Shown here: piece by piece, positions 38,852 to 51,696 of the stretch
Layout: every line of letters starts with the position of its first letter
How positions within the stretch are numbered: position 1 is the first letter of the stretch
From: Felis catus
Taxonomy: Eukaryota
Direction of reading: 5' to 3'
Assembly: GCF_018350175.1 (NCBI RefSeq)
Contig: NC_058368.1
Span: 66,032,001 to 66,096,000 of the forward strand
DNA: 64,000 bases
Notes under the pieces: generated by a model
Told to the model about the DNA's origin: nothing
Database searches by the model: none
Seen by the model: the letters and a program-made list of their open reading frames with translations, nothing else
Made by a program: the position numbers and the translations under genes

Positions 38852-39940
38852 TAAAAGTCTTCAGTTTGAAGTGATGATTTTTTTTATTTTAATTCAAGCA
38901 TGCAGTTGTGTCAATTCAAAAAATATGGGTCTGTGAACACTAAAGCTTAAACTTTGATGCTCCACACTCCATTTTCTTCTTCTTCAAATGCCCTTTATTT
39001 GACCAGGAGGGACGTCATTTCCAAAAGTACTGAGAGACCCACATTTAACTTGAACAACATTGTTCTTGTAGGTTATTAAGGCTGTTCAACTTTCTCTGTT
39101 GGTTGCTACCCTGAGTTGGAGACGAGACTCTTCTAAAATGTCAGACTGAGAAAATTGTACTGGTTCCAACACAATTAAAAAAAAAAAAAAAAAGCTTAGG
39201 AATTAATGCTATCAATAGCCTTTGAAAACAAACTTAAAAAGTAACAATTGAATGCTAAGAGGGATAAAACTGTCTTTCTTTTTTTCTTTGAATCTCAGTG
39301 TGGCCAAGAAATTGAGGAACACAATAGAGAGTTCAATTCACAAGGCTCTTCCTGCGTGCCTAAATCATCATTACAATGCCTGTTAACGATGTTCTTGTTG
39401 TGCAGAGCAGTGCAGGTTATGAGGGTGACAGAGTCCCTACAGCCTAAAAGATCTCAAATTTGCATCCCAGGTATTGACACGTGCTCCATATTGGTACTGG
39501 AATACTGAGTGAGAAGAATCAAAGCATCCTATAAAACCAATAGCAAGAAAACCAAAAATCCAACACAGTCCAAGGACGAAATTGCGTAGCCAGCTCAGGT
39601 GAAAACAGAGTTGGTCTCTGGAGAAAGGCATCAGGGTCACGACAGAAGTCACAAGGCTATGGAAAACAAAATTCTGTGGGCACAAGTTTGTAGGATTGCA
39701 ACCATATCAAATAAGTAGAATGCATAAGAATTTGAAATTCCACATAAATTCTGAATGGAAAATACAGAATTATTTTCTCTATTTTCTGCGACTGGCTTGG
39801 GATATATGTGGATAAAAGAAAATTTTAAGACAATATTGCTCCGTTGTGGATAAAGTTTGCCATATTCACAAAACAGCCTATCTGGAGAGGATGATACTGT
39901 GACACCAATGTGCTCTCAAGTTAAAAGTCACCAGGCTCCC

Positions 39941-40146
39941 CAGGGCACCTGGGTGGCTGAGTCAGCTAAGTGTCCAACTTCAGCTCAGGTCATGATCTCA
40001 CAGTTCATGGGTTCAAGCCCCAGGTCAGGGTCTATGCTGACAGCTCAGAGCCTGGAGCCTGCTTTGGATTCTGTGTGCTGCTCTCTCTGCCCCTCCCCGA
40101 CTTGCACTCTGTCAATAATAAATAAATGTTAAAAAATTTTTTTTTC
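39941..40146 (+). mobile_element. CAN-SINE
   Basis: Head gggcacctgggtggctgagtc; degenerate TSD aagtcaccaggctcc/aaatcaccaaactcc. Confidence 0.92.
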
Positions 40147-40419
40147 AAATCACCAAACTCCTCAATTTTGGTATCTTTTTTTGTTTGTTTTCTTTTGCTG
40201 TTGGAAAATAAATTTTAAAAGTCATGGATATTAAACCATTCTCTAAATATCTTTATAAAGTAAGGCCAGTTATATTTTATTTCACTTATTTGATTTGAAG
40301 TACTTAATACACTAACTTTCTATTGCTGATCTTGTTAATTCTGTTTTATTAAAGCCAACATTAAACTACCAGGAAAAGTAAAAACCAAAAGGATATTACT
40401 TTGAATGCATAAAAAGTAA

Positions 40420-40575
40420 GGTGATTAATGGATAGATAGAAGGATGGGTGGATATTCGAAAAAGTAAGTATAGGAAAATGTTAAATGGGGACCTAGGAGC
40501 GAGGGTATTATACATAACAGTCTTTCAACTTTTCTGTATGTTTGAAAACTTGTATAACATTTTGGAAATAAAATG
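40420..40575 (+). mobile_element. Ancient L1 (L1ME-like) 3' end fragment
   Basis: aaaatgttaaat...tctttcaacttttctgtatgtttgaaaacttgtataa. Confidence 0.6.
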
Positions 40576-40747
40576 CAAACATGTTCAAAAGAACAACCAG
40601 AATCTTCAGTGCCTAAGTAAATAAATAAATAAATAATAAGTAGCTTCATTTTCTGAAACAACGGATTAAGGATTTTGTCAGTATATGTCGTAAAAGTAAG
40701 AAAATGTTACCAACAAAACGAAGCCTTGCGTTAAAAACCGCAAACGC

Positions 40748-40972
40748 AGGGCGCCTGGGTGGCGCAGTCGGTTAAGCGTCCGACTTCAGCCAGGTCACGA
40801 TCTCGCGGTCTGTGAGTTCGAGCCCCGCGTCGGGCTCTGGGCTGATGGCTCAGAGCCTGGAGCCTGTTTCCGATTCTGTGTCTCCCTCTCTCTCTGCCCC
40901 TCCCCCGTTCATGCTCTGTCTCTCTCTGCCCCCAAAAATAAATAAACGTTGAAAAAATAAATAAAATAAAAA
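40748..40972 (+). mobile_element. CAN-SINE (SINEC_Fc-like), young
   Basis: CpG-intact head; perfect 16-bp TSD taaaaaccgcaaacgc. Confidence 0.96.
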
Positions 40973-40990
40973 TAAAAACCGCAAACGCGT

Positions 40991-41380
40991 AGGAAGACAA
41001 ATACCCTATGATGTCACCCATATGTGGAATCTAAAAAAACAAAACAAATAAACAAACAAACAAAAAGCAGAATCAGACCTGTAATTACAGAGAACAAATG
41101 GTTGCCAGAAGGAAGAGGGGGGAGAATGGGCAGTATCCCTGAAGGGGAGAGGGAGGCACAGGCCTCTAGTTAGGGAACCAGCAAGTCACAGGGATGAAGT
41201 ACAGCTCAGGGAATATAGTCAGTGGTGCTATAATACTGTTGTGTGGTGACAGATGGAAACTACACCAATGCTGAGCACAACATAACATATAGAGAGGTTG
41301 AATCACAGTGTTGGACACCTGAAACTAATGTGACATTGTGTGTCAGATAATACTGCAGTAAAAAAGAAATCAAAACAAAA
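40991..41380 (+). mobile_element. 5'-truncated carnivore L1 3' end
   Basis: aagacaaataccctatgatgtcacccatatgtggaatctaaaa...acacctgaaactaatgtgacattgtgtgtc, A-rich tail. Confidence 0.88.
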
Positions 41381-42489
41381 CAAAATTCAAATGCGGTTTC
41401 TAGGCAAATGATGAAATGACGGAGATTAGGCAGAGTAGTGGAAAGTACCTATTTATGCAGAACTACCCTTTATTGGTACACCTTTACATTGATGTTACAC
41501 TTTGTCAATATCTAAATGTCCTTGACACGTAATGTCACCTGTGGGCCCAGCTCTGTGTCATCAGACTGTTAAGTCTCCACGAGATCCAAATGATACAAGT
41601 TAGACTTGTTCTCATGTCTGGAACCCAAGAACAGCACCATATGGCTATTTGACGAAAACACCAAAATTAGGTGGAATCAGCCAAATAAATATGATAATAA
41701 TTTTGTGTCTAGTCATAAAAAAAGAGTTTTCTGTATTTTTTTTTCCTGTTGTTGGTTCTTACTGTTTTAAATAGTCTTTCCTCTTGAAGTCAAATTAGAA
41801 TTTTCAATGAGTCCAAAAGAGATTTTAGTGATTTAGAACCGATGGACTCAGAAGAACCTCAGCTTTTCTTATTCGAGGCAAATGCCACTCCATCATTAGT
41901 TGAATTACTGCAAGGATTTCTCCTTACATTCAACACCGGGGTCCATTTTCCACAAAGTTCCCAGAACTGCAAAGCTTCAAATGCCTGAGGATATTGCCTT
42001 GGCAGTTCCATTGCTTCTAAGCAAGCCTGGATCTTAGAAATGCCAGACAGGTTGATATCGATCCTTTTTAAAAAGTTAGGTACAAAGGAAGTGTATCTGC
42101 CAACCTCCTTTAGAAACAGGGTCAAATAACCAGTTGGAAAATTTTCTAAAGGTGTCACATTAAACTTTAATCGTACCTACATTTTTATGGAGCCTTTAAC
42201 TTGGCAAATTGCTTTCACGTGCATTATCTCATTTCACGTTCTATTGCGATGAAATGGTGTCCAGGTTCTAGGGCTGAATTACGATGACATAGATACCAAA
42301 ATGTTGATGGGGACATTTGATGAAAATCGATTATTATGCTATCGACCAAGTATTTGACAGGAGTGGACTGGCTTCGAGCTCACGTATGACAAAGGGTTAA
42401 GATTCTAATAGTTGCTTTGCTCCACTTGCTGGAGGTTTTGAGAGCCATTTCTCCGTTTTGTTTTTGTTTTTTTTTTTCAAGGAGAAAAT

Positions 42490-42565
42490 GAGTTACCTCT
42501 TTTAATTTCCTCCCTCTCATCCTTCTTATTTCTGATTTTCTTTTTTCTTGTCAATAAATCTGCAG
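42490..42565 (+). promoter_or_regulatory. 3' splice site: polypyrimidine tract and CAG acceptor of the GPC6 exon
   Basis: T/C-rich tract ~42496-42550, no AG dinucleotide from 42493 until cag at 42563-42565. Confidence 0.9.
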
Positions 42566-42731
42566 GTCAGCCCCACCCCGGGCTGCATCCGAGCTCTCAT
42601 GAAGATGCTGTACTGCCCATACTGCCGGGGACTTGTCACCGTGAGGCCCTGCAACAACTATTGCCTGAACGTCATGAAGGGCTGCCTGGCCAATCAGGCT
42701 GATCTCGACACTGAATGGAATCTGTTTATAG
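42566..42731 (+). CDS. GPC6: Glypican-6 internal coding exon (166 bp, phase 0 start, phase 1 end; equivalent to human exon 4)
   Basis: Translates [55 protein letters not shown], a Cys-rich glypican core nearly identical to recalled human GPC6 and distinct from GPC4 ([20 protein letters not shown]...). Long pyrimidine tract plus tgcag acceptor ending 42565; gtaagg donor at 42732. Confidence 0.96.
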
Positions 42732-45206
42732 GTAAGGAGCGTTTAGACGGATCCATGCCCTAGATTACAGAGACATAGATCACCAGCCAGAGGTTGTGGG
42801 GCCCCATGGGCAGGTCTGCCCTTGTGATGATTTAAATGCAAAAGAGGATTAAGTGCAAAAACAAAAACAGAAAGCAGCTGCTAGCAAAATATAAAGGTGA
42901 CATTTTTCTCCTTCTTTTTTAAATCCTGAAAAACAGGGTACCCTGGTATGTTTGTGAGGGACAGTCCTGGTAAAGATTGTACAAGCGAGCGCTGTTGAAT
43001 TAGCTGATCTCTCTGACAAGGATAAAAAGTACTCTTGTCGAGTTTCTGGGAGTTCCTGTGGAAAGGGGGGAACAAATCTCCTTAAAAAGAAAATCCTCAG
43101 GACTAGGTCTTATTTCTAGTCCCTCAACATAGTCACAGATACTAGTAAAACACTCCTTCCTTGGACATCCATGATGAAAATAGCACGGTATTTTTGCCGA
43201 AATATGCAAATCTTCTTCCTCGTGCTGTGGAGAAGGGGGCTTCAAGCCCTCAACGTGAGACAGCCTTCCTGTCTTTAGAAGGTACGATGGACAGTGGGGG
43301 AGACGCAGGGACAGTCTGTGAGTCGTGGCTCTGGTCTTGGGTTGCAGGAATCACTCAGGGTGAAGTGCACTGCCAAAAGATATTTCCCAAATTGCTATCC
43401 AAGGATAAAAGGACAAATTTTACAGGCAGGCTTCTCCCAGGAAAACACACAGGCCTTGAAAGAGTGAATGTGTTTTCTCCCCCTCTGACAAAAGCCCTTC
43501 AAATAAAAGTACTTTCGATTGCATTTACTGCAATTGCATGGTGACGGACAGAGTGGTGCACATCACAGGGCAATTCCTTAGCTTCTGGGGGCCTTCATCA
43601 TTTATGCATACCTCTAAACCAGAAGGCACGCATGAAGTCTTCTGACATCTAAGTTTGGGGTAGGGTAGGAAAAAGATCTAAGATGGGTTGGAATGTGGCG
43701 AAACCTAAGCTCATCGTGCAAAAGATGGGATTCGGTTGCAAGCATTGCCCTTTGGCAGTGAAACCCACCGGCTAACATGCTGTTATGCTTAGGAAGGCCA
43801 GGGAAAATGGTTTGGAAGTTTTAAGCAAAAAAGAGTAAATTTTAGAGTGGGTAGATTCCAATGGAACTCATCCAACAAAATCCCAGAAATCATTTCAGGG
43901 AGAATAAATTGAAATACTGTTCTCTCTTCCTTTAGTGGGAGTACGGAATCTGTCTGCATGATCTTGGGTTACTTTATTTGAAAAATGAGGAAGTGTTTGA
44001 AAAGTTTAATCATTAAAGTACCCTTCTAACTCAGAAATGATATGATTCTTTGCTAAGATTTTGGATGGGAGTATGAATTTTTTAGAAAGGTAATAAGAAT
44101 AACTCGATCTTCTAAAATATGAATTTAGATTAATTTTGGCAGAGACACTCTCCAAATAATGCTAATTAAAAAGTACTCTCATCAAGAAATCTAAAAATAT
44201 TGCCACATTTTAAAACCAGATTAAACCTCATTGCCATCACTTTGAGTCATATAGATTATTCATACTTTTTGGTTGAAACTACCCTAATTTATAGCACAGT
44301 TAAATAGTCTTTGCTCAGCCTGCACCTTATTGAGGAAGGTGGACATGTGGATTTTGTTACTTAGAGCAGGACGTGATTAAGAATGAGACTATAAGGCTTT
44401 TATTTTAGAAGAGCAACAGTGACTTCCTTATTGGCTTTTTCTCCTCAGTGCTGGTTGGCTATTTTAACATCATACCTTCAATCAGTTGGCTTTCCTGGAT
44501 GCCAATTAGATGTGAAATTGAATGTCTGGAAAACCGTTTGATTTAAAAACTCAGATTTGAACCCACCATGTGTTGGATGTACTATAACTAAAAGAGAGCC
44601 TGGTGGTTAGTCCTACATTAATATATTTCATACCCTTTGTTTCTATATCTCATTTTTTATTAGTCTTGGATATCAGTGAGAAAATTCTTCTTTTTTCTTT
44701 CCTCTGGCTCTGCTATGGCACCGAGAATTGACCACCAACATAGATTTTGGAGCAAAATGTGTTCTTGCTAATACTTGTCCCAGTGTGAAGTTCACAAACT
44801 TGTCACCGAAATCAGGCAAATGTGCCACCTGTTTTTTCCACATATGCATCCGAGATGACAGTGTCATAGGCTTCATGAATGCAGCAGGGAAGGCCAGTGA
44901 GCAAATCAATAATCCAACAGTAATTACATAGAAAGCCCTTTCTCTGGTTGGCATCTGTAGCCCATCACCCTTGGCTTCTAACATCTTTCCATCAGTTCCT
45001 CCACTCCTGTTGCTGTCAGTCACATGACATCTCTATCTGCTGCATTCATGCCCCAGTCTGTACATTTTTATGTTTGTTTGTTTTTTTATGTCCTCATCTA
45101 AAATGCTAACAGTGGATGCAATCAATGGCCAATAAAGACAAGAATTGAACCGGTGATACATTCTCATGATCTTTGCTATGTCACAAATTAATTGAAAGTG
45201 AGTTAT

Positions 45207-45382
45207 GGGGCGCCTGGGTGGCTCGGTCGGTTGAGCCTCCAACTCTTGATTTCGGCCCAAGTCATGATCCCAGGGTCGTGCATTCGAGCCCGTCATCAGG
45301 CTCTGCACTGAGTGTGGAGCTTGCTTAAGATTCTATCTCTCCCCCTCATCTGCTTCTGCTCTCTCTCTTTCTCTCAAAAAAT
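45207..45382 (+). mobile_element. CAN-SINE
   Basis: ggggcgcctgggtggctcggtcggttgagc head; TSD aagtgagttat/aagtgaattgt. Confidence 0.92.
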
Positions 45383-45755
45383 AAGTGAATTGTATTTATT
45401 TTGAATTCAGTTGTTGTGTGGATTTGTCAGTAAAAAAGGTATTTCACTGACAAAATAAAATGTTCTAAGTGTTCAGCTAAAAAACCCAATGGTATTCCGT
45501 TCACTTCTGAAGTTCCATAGTTTTTTAATTTTCATTTTTTTGCAATCCTAAAAAAAAAAATCAAGAGTCTATTCAGGATGAATTTCTGTTGTTTTCCTGA
45601 TGTAAGCAGGACCTGGGGAAACATAAGAGTGGTTTGCAGTCCGCTCTGCTCTCACTCCTAGGAACCATGCAGGAAGAAGGAGATGTCATTTGAGGCATTG
45701 ACAGGCACGGCTTAGGCACTTACCCCAGGTGTTGCTCTAAATTCATGCTCAGCTT

Positions 45756-45971
45756 GGGGCGCCTGGGTGGCTCGGTCGGTTAAGCGTCCGACTTCGGCTC
45801 AGGTCATGATCTCACGGTCCGTGAGTTCGAGCCCCGTGTCGGGCTCTGTGCTGACAGCTCAGAGCCTGGAGCCTGTTTCAGATTCTGTGTCTCCCTCTCT
45901 CTCTGCCCCTCCCCTGTTCATGCTCTGTCTCTCTCTGTCTCAAAAATAAATAAACGTTAAAAAAAAATTTG
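45756..45971 (+). mobile_element. CAN-SINE, young
   Basis: Perfect 17-bp TSD aaattcatgctcagctt. Confidence 0.96.
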
Positions 45972-47094
45972 AAATTCATGCTCAGCTTATTCCAGCCTAG
46001 CCTTTGAGTGTTGCCTGCGTGCAAAGGCCTTTTCTCAGAAAATGTTTATTATGTAAATTAAAATTTCCTAAAAGGAAACAGTTTGTGGGCAGAATTCGTT
46101 TTCAGTAATACCCTGCGGTTATTTTAAGTCTTTGGCATTGATACCAACCCTCCATGGATAAGAGCTATTCTATTTGACAAGGGGCCGTGTTGCAGATTAC
46201 ACCTAGCTCATGAGCACAAAAGTTAAGGCTGAAATTATATTTTTGTAGCTGCAATAAATCTTGCATCTAATTTCAAATCTAGGATATGTGGGACAGCCTC
46301 CTCCAAACATCTGGTACCTTCGAAGACTTAATAGACTGTAAAAAATGGAGAAAGAAAACAAGGGTGTGGGGACAAAAGTGCTGATAAGATCAAAGGCAAA
46401 AATGCTGTTTGTTTTGTAATATTTTTTATCACTGAAATAGTAGAGGATGTTTATTACTGCAAGTATAAGAGAAACTTATCACTATAGTTCCATAAAAGTG
46501 AGAACTGAAGATGTTTGTGTCCCAACAATGCACCCTAATAATTTAGACTATCCCAGTTAGTAAGACTCTAATGATCTTAACCTATTAGTTCAATGCCTGA
46601 TATATTGAATAAGCTAGACACATGCTTTTTTTTATGCTAGGGGAACTTAATGTAGTTAACATTAATTATAATCAACTATGATAAAGTGTTAGGAAACTGG
46701 AAGCACAGGATGAGAAGTTTCTACTCAGCAGCGGACTTAATCTAGTCTAGGGTGTTGGGGAAGCTGTACCTTGGTAAATATAGAATAAAATAGTAAAGAA
46801 GACAGTATTGAATTAGTGTTGTCAGACATAATTGATGTTGAATAGCTGTAACATACAGAATTGGTGGAATACTGTATGGGCCCCAAATATTTACAAGTAG
46901 CCTATGACAGTTTCAATAGTCTGGTATGATCAGTCAGTGATTGATAAATACTTATTTGATTTATTTTCTAAACGATTTGTGATCAAGTCTCATCACTACC
47001 ACTGTCACTGACTTGAACTGAGAAGATTCAGAGAATTTGTGTTAATTTTTATAAAGAGAAGGTTGGTTCCCTAATATATAGATACTCTCCAATG

Positions 47095-47298
47095 TAAAAA
47101 GGAGAAGACGGAAGAGGAGAAAAGGAAGGAAGGAAGGAAGGAAGGAAGGAAGGAAGGAAGGAAGGAAGGAAGGAATAGAGAGGGAGAAAGGAAGGAAAGA
47201 AGGAAGGAAGGGAGGGAAGGAGGAAGGAAGAGACAGAGCGAGAGGAAGGAAGGATGGATGGACAGTAGAAAGAAAAGGAGGGAGGGAGGAAGGGAAAA
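47095..47298. repeat. Purine-rich tract with (GGAA)13 core (47124-47175)
   Basis: About 200 bp, almost only A/G on the + strand. Confidence 0.95.
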
Positions 47299-49857
47299 GC
47301 CAGCAAAGCAGCTTGATTTTTAGTTTAGGTCTTGAGCACTTATAGTCCAGACAATCCAGTGATATCAAACTTTCTGGGCTTTCTTTTTCCTTTCCAACTA
47401 GCCAGTTATTAAGTGTAAGGCATCCTAAAGACAGCAAACTGGCATGAGAGCATCAAACATGGAGTGCAAGGTGGCCACTACACCTGTGCCTGGCCTAGAG
47501 ACCCTGCAGTGGGTATTATCCATTCATCTTCTGAGATTCATTAATACAATAGATGTTTACTAAGTAGCTGGTATGGACCTTGTTCTGGTTTATGCATGAG
47601 GCTAGAGCAGATGAGACCCTGCCTGCTGAGAATATGGCTCACTGTATGTTCTCGGATGGAGTAAATGGAAACAACTAGACAGAGAAATGGAAGGGAATGC
47701 AGTAAGAGGCTGTTCTATTTTACTTTGTAAGTCTACTCTTTTAATGGAAGTATGACTAATTCAGTAATTTAAAAAACACATATCCCTGATGTTAATGGAC
47801 TCGTGAGTGCAGGGATGGCAGAAACAAATCAGATAATGAACCTGGTTCCTTCATTGTGACAGCTGCTATCAAGTTGTAAATTAGAGCCAGCCGCAAGGAA
47901 GCTGTGTTAGGTCGGTCAAATGACTAGTGTCATGTAATAAATGGCTACTTTGGTGTACAAATTACTTTCTTAGGACCTGAAAGAGTTGTTTATCTGCAAG
48001 GTATTTTGTAGATTCACAACTTTGGGGGAAATGTTGCTAGAAAAACATTTATTGTTTCTAGTAAATAAACGTGGATTCTCTTTTTTATAAAATACACAGT
48101 ACTGTGTGATGTTGCATTTCAGCAGGATATAAAATAAACACAGGGCACCGTTTCAAGCATTTGTATAAGATGCTCCTCTTTCAAAGACTTTCTTCGACGT
48201 GAAATTCTATAATATAAATCTGACAAATTTTTAGTCACAAAGAATTCCATAGTAAATATGATAGGACTCTAGCTGATAGATCCTGAAATGCCATGTTTTA
48301 AAAACCCCTAGACCCTAAACATAGAAAATCATTTCCTTTCAACCAAAGAAAAAGAAAAAATTTAAGAATTGTATTTAGCAGCAAGCTTCAAAGTATCTTG
48401 GTCTCCACTTTGTATAAGACAAGAGCTTGGTTGCAAATACAGTCTAGAAACACAACTCTTAAATTGAGGAACAAAAGCCAAAGCAGTTATTTTAGAATCT
48501 GATCTCACCATTACCTACAGAACTTGCTTTTGCTCATGTGCATTCCTAAAAGCAGCAAGAGGGATATTAAAAAAAAAAAAAAACACTTGATTTTCTCAGT
48601 TGAAATCTAACCCCACCCAGCTCCTGCCTTCCTTTCATAGTCATTGATTCAATATTTCTCATTTCTCATGGACATTTATCATATGTTGTATTCTCTCTGT
48701 GATGCTGGCAGAATCCACAAGCGGTACTAACTCCACAGTGAGAAAAAAAAAAAAAAGAGAGAAGAAGAAAGCAAGAAAGAAAACACTTGGCTGGTACCCA
48801 GCAGCCTTTCACGAGCTGCATTTGTTATCAATTTCCTACGTTTAGAAAATGGTTTACTTCTGAACTCTGCATATGTGAAAGTGTTTTTATGTGGTGCAAT
48901 AGGGTTAATGCCTTGATGGTGCTATCTTGTATGAGGCTATTCGACAAACACTGCGGCAGGCGTTTCTTAACCTCTGAATACTCACTAATGTTCATCTTGA
49001 GGCAACAACTCAAAGGATTCATGGGACTGCAGTTTCTGTTCTGCATCAGGCAAATTTTCTCACGGATCAAAGCAGGCAAAGCACATCAGTCCTAAAATTA
49101 TTTGGTGCAGTAGACAAGTAGTCATTCAAGGTGCATGTGTATTTCCTTTGCCTCCAGTGCCTCTGTACGTATATGTACAGTTTCCTCTTGTACGTATATC
49201 TATCCCACTTCCCACATACTCGACTTCTATACAATTCATAATTACTGATGACTGCAAATATGATATTCTGAACTAGACTTTCATGTTGGAATCCATGGTG
49301 CTATATAATATGACACCAACCAATGGCCTATAACAAGGCATAACTATTTTTGCAAGTCTAATATTCTCTAGGATATAAGATACTCCATTTATAATAGGAA
49401 GTTCACTGAAATATCTCTTATACCTTATTAAGCTCTCCAATTCCTATGAGAACCAGCAACAGAAGGATTTAGTTTACCAGGAGAAAGCAGACCATACCAC
49501 AGATGATGAGAATTGCCTTTGTATTGGGGATTTTGCTTCTAATTTACACTTCAATTTCAGTGTTTTCTATGTGTAAGTGGTTTAATTTGATAATTATATC
49601 CAAAGGACTTTGTTTGTAATGATTGACATCTGATTTTAATAAATTTTGCTAGTTTTCACGGTTATGTCTCAGCTTTGAGCTAAAACACAGGATGTCTGGC
49701 TTTTGGCATCCCAAGAGAAAACATTTGATGATTCCTCAGAATGGAATTAAATAGATTCCAAAAGACCCAGGATCCCAGGTAAAATTCAACACTCTAAACA
49801 TTAGCCTGATGACTTTCTTAGCAATTTCAATTCCAGGAAATAAGAGGAGCATGAGGT

Positions 49858-49940
49858 AGAAGAAATTGAACTAGAAGAAGAAACTAGAACTAGAAATGGA
49901 ACTAGAAGAAATCGAAGAAACTAGAACATAAGAAATATAA
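49858..49940. repeat. Degenerate (AGAACT/AGAAGAA)n low-complexity repeat
   Basis: Reiterated gaactagaagaa / gaaactagaac units. Confidence 0.7.
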
Positions 49941-51474
49941 ATGGAGCTAAATATGTGGTTGTTAAGGCATTAAACTACGTGACTATTCACAAATAACAAA
50001 CTTATAACAAGTCCCAGGGCTACCGTAACCAAAAAGTCCTTCATGAGGTGACTGATTTAATAGAATAAAGGAGTGGTTTACTTTCTGAGACATTTAGATC
50101 ACTGTTAAAATCCTGATTACTAGCTGAAGTGAAAATCTTTGTTTTAACCCAAATAATAAATGCTTGTGTGATATTGCAATGCTATGTTAAAATGTCTTAA
50201 TAATAGTAGTGTTAATGAGGGTACTTAGATTTCTTTTCCCCTAAATGTCACATTTACACATATGTGTATGTGAATAATTACATATCTACTTATCATCTAT
50301 CTATATATCTATCTATATCTTCCAATTGCATTAAAAGCTCCTTTAATTCACGATTATCTCAAGAGCAGAACTGCTGATCATGTCTTTATGTTTGAGTCGT
50401 TTTTGAAACTAGCTTTAATTTTCCTCAGGCTTGTTTCCTTAACAATATAGAGACTTTTAGAATCTTATTATCTTCATCATGTTGTCTTTGTGGTTTGTTT
50501 ATTATGAACAACCCTCCAAGGAGCCAGGGGTGGAAGCCAGGTTAGAAGAGATGGCCCCATGAATTATTCTGATCGGTAAAGGCATGTTTTCACTGGTCAC
50601 TCTAAAAGGGAAATGGATATAAATGTCCTTGGGAGTAATTTAAACTTTGAGAACCTTCATGATATATGAAAACTTTGAGGTTATAATTCATTTAAAAATA
50701 TCATGCCTACAGATACTTGGTAAGGTGGCCAGGAGAGAATTTAAATTAAAATAGAGCATGAAATATTCCTTGTCCTTCAAATAACAGCTTATATATAAAT
50801 CCCACATAAAAAAAGATATGTCCTCGATTTTTTTCTCTGCATGGATTTAAATAATTTGCTACGCTAAGAATGTTCTTTATTATAACCTCAGAAGAAGTGA
50901 AAATTACAAAAAGAAATGAAAATAAGTCATTGAATATATGACATTACACCAAGAAGGGATGTATCTATCTGCATCACATTTTTATTCTTTAAGGTGCAGG
51001 ATCTTCTAGAAAGATAACACTGATAATTAAATGCCAACAAAGTCAGTATTCACTACTAAAATCTCAATACTTAGGAAATAGAGCAATTAGAGTAATGTAA
51101 TGAGAGGCCTGAGAATACTATTGGATGGCATGAATAAGTTAGTAGATGTGAGAGACTTCGGGATGTAGCAGTGATTGCCAGAGCTGATGTGGTTTTCAGA
51201 TTGACTCAATCAGTAAGTGACCCTGCCCTATCTCAGCCCTACATCTATCTCTCTGGTAGTTACATGCCAGCTTGAAGTCTTTTCTCCCAGGGTAGCAGGA
51301 CCATAGTTCCAGAAGATAATTCATTGACTTCAATAGGAAGAGTATTCTCAAAATCCACAACCATCAACTGGTGAAGGCTGTTGGGAGTTCTTGATATTAT
51401 CACTTATGCATGTGTCTCCATGGTTTTCCAAATTCAATGTTCTCGATTATTGTTACATTAGTTCCTTATTTTTA

Positions 51475-51696
51475 TTTATTTTTATTTTTTTTTAACATTT
51501 ATTTATTTTTGAGACAGAGAGAGACAGAGCATGAATGGGGGAGGGTCAGAGAGAGAGGAAGACACAGAATCCGAAACAGGCTCCAGGCTCTGAGCAGTCA
51601 GCACAGAGCCCGACGCGGGGCCTGAACTCATGGACCGCGAGATCATGACCTGAGCCGAAGTCGGACGCTTAACCGACGGAGCCACCCAGGCGCCCC
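51475..51696 (-). mobile_element. CAN-SINE, young
   Basis: Perfect 16-bp TSD tagttccttattttta; CpG-rich. Confidence 0.96.

Noticed and set aside
42566..42731. Assignment of the exon to GPC4 or to a processed pseudogene
   Set aside because: The peptide fits recalled GPC6 far better, and intact splice sites on both sides with no adjoining exon sequence rule out a retrocopy.
44673..45023. 116-aa ORF and other ORFs in unique sequence (43161-43544, 48787-49095, 15448-15786)
   Set aside because: No recognisable homology or exon structure; lengths are within chance expectation for 64 kb in six frames.
47042..47437. 131-aa ORF rich in PSFL repeats
   Set aside because: Translation of the (GGAA)n/(TTCC)n tract.
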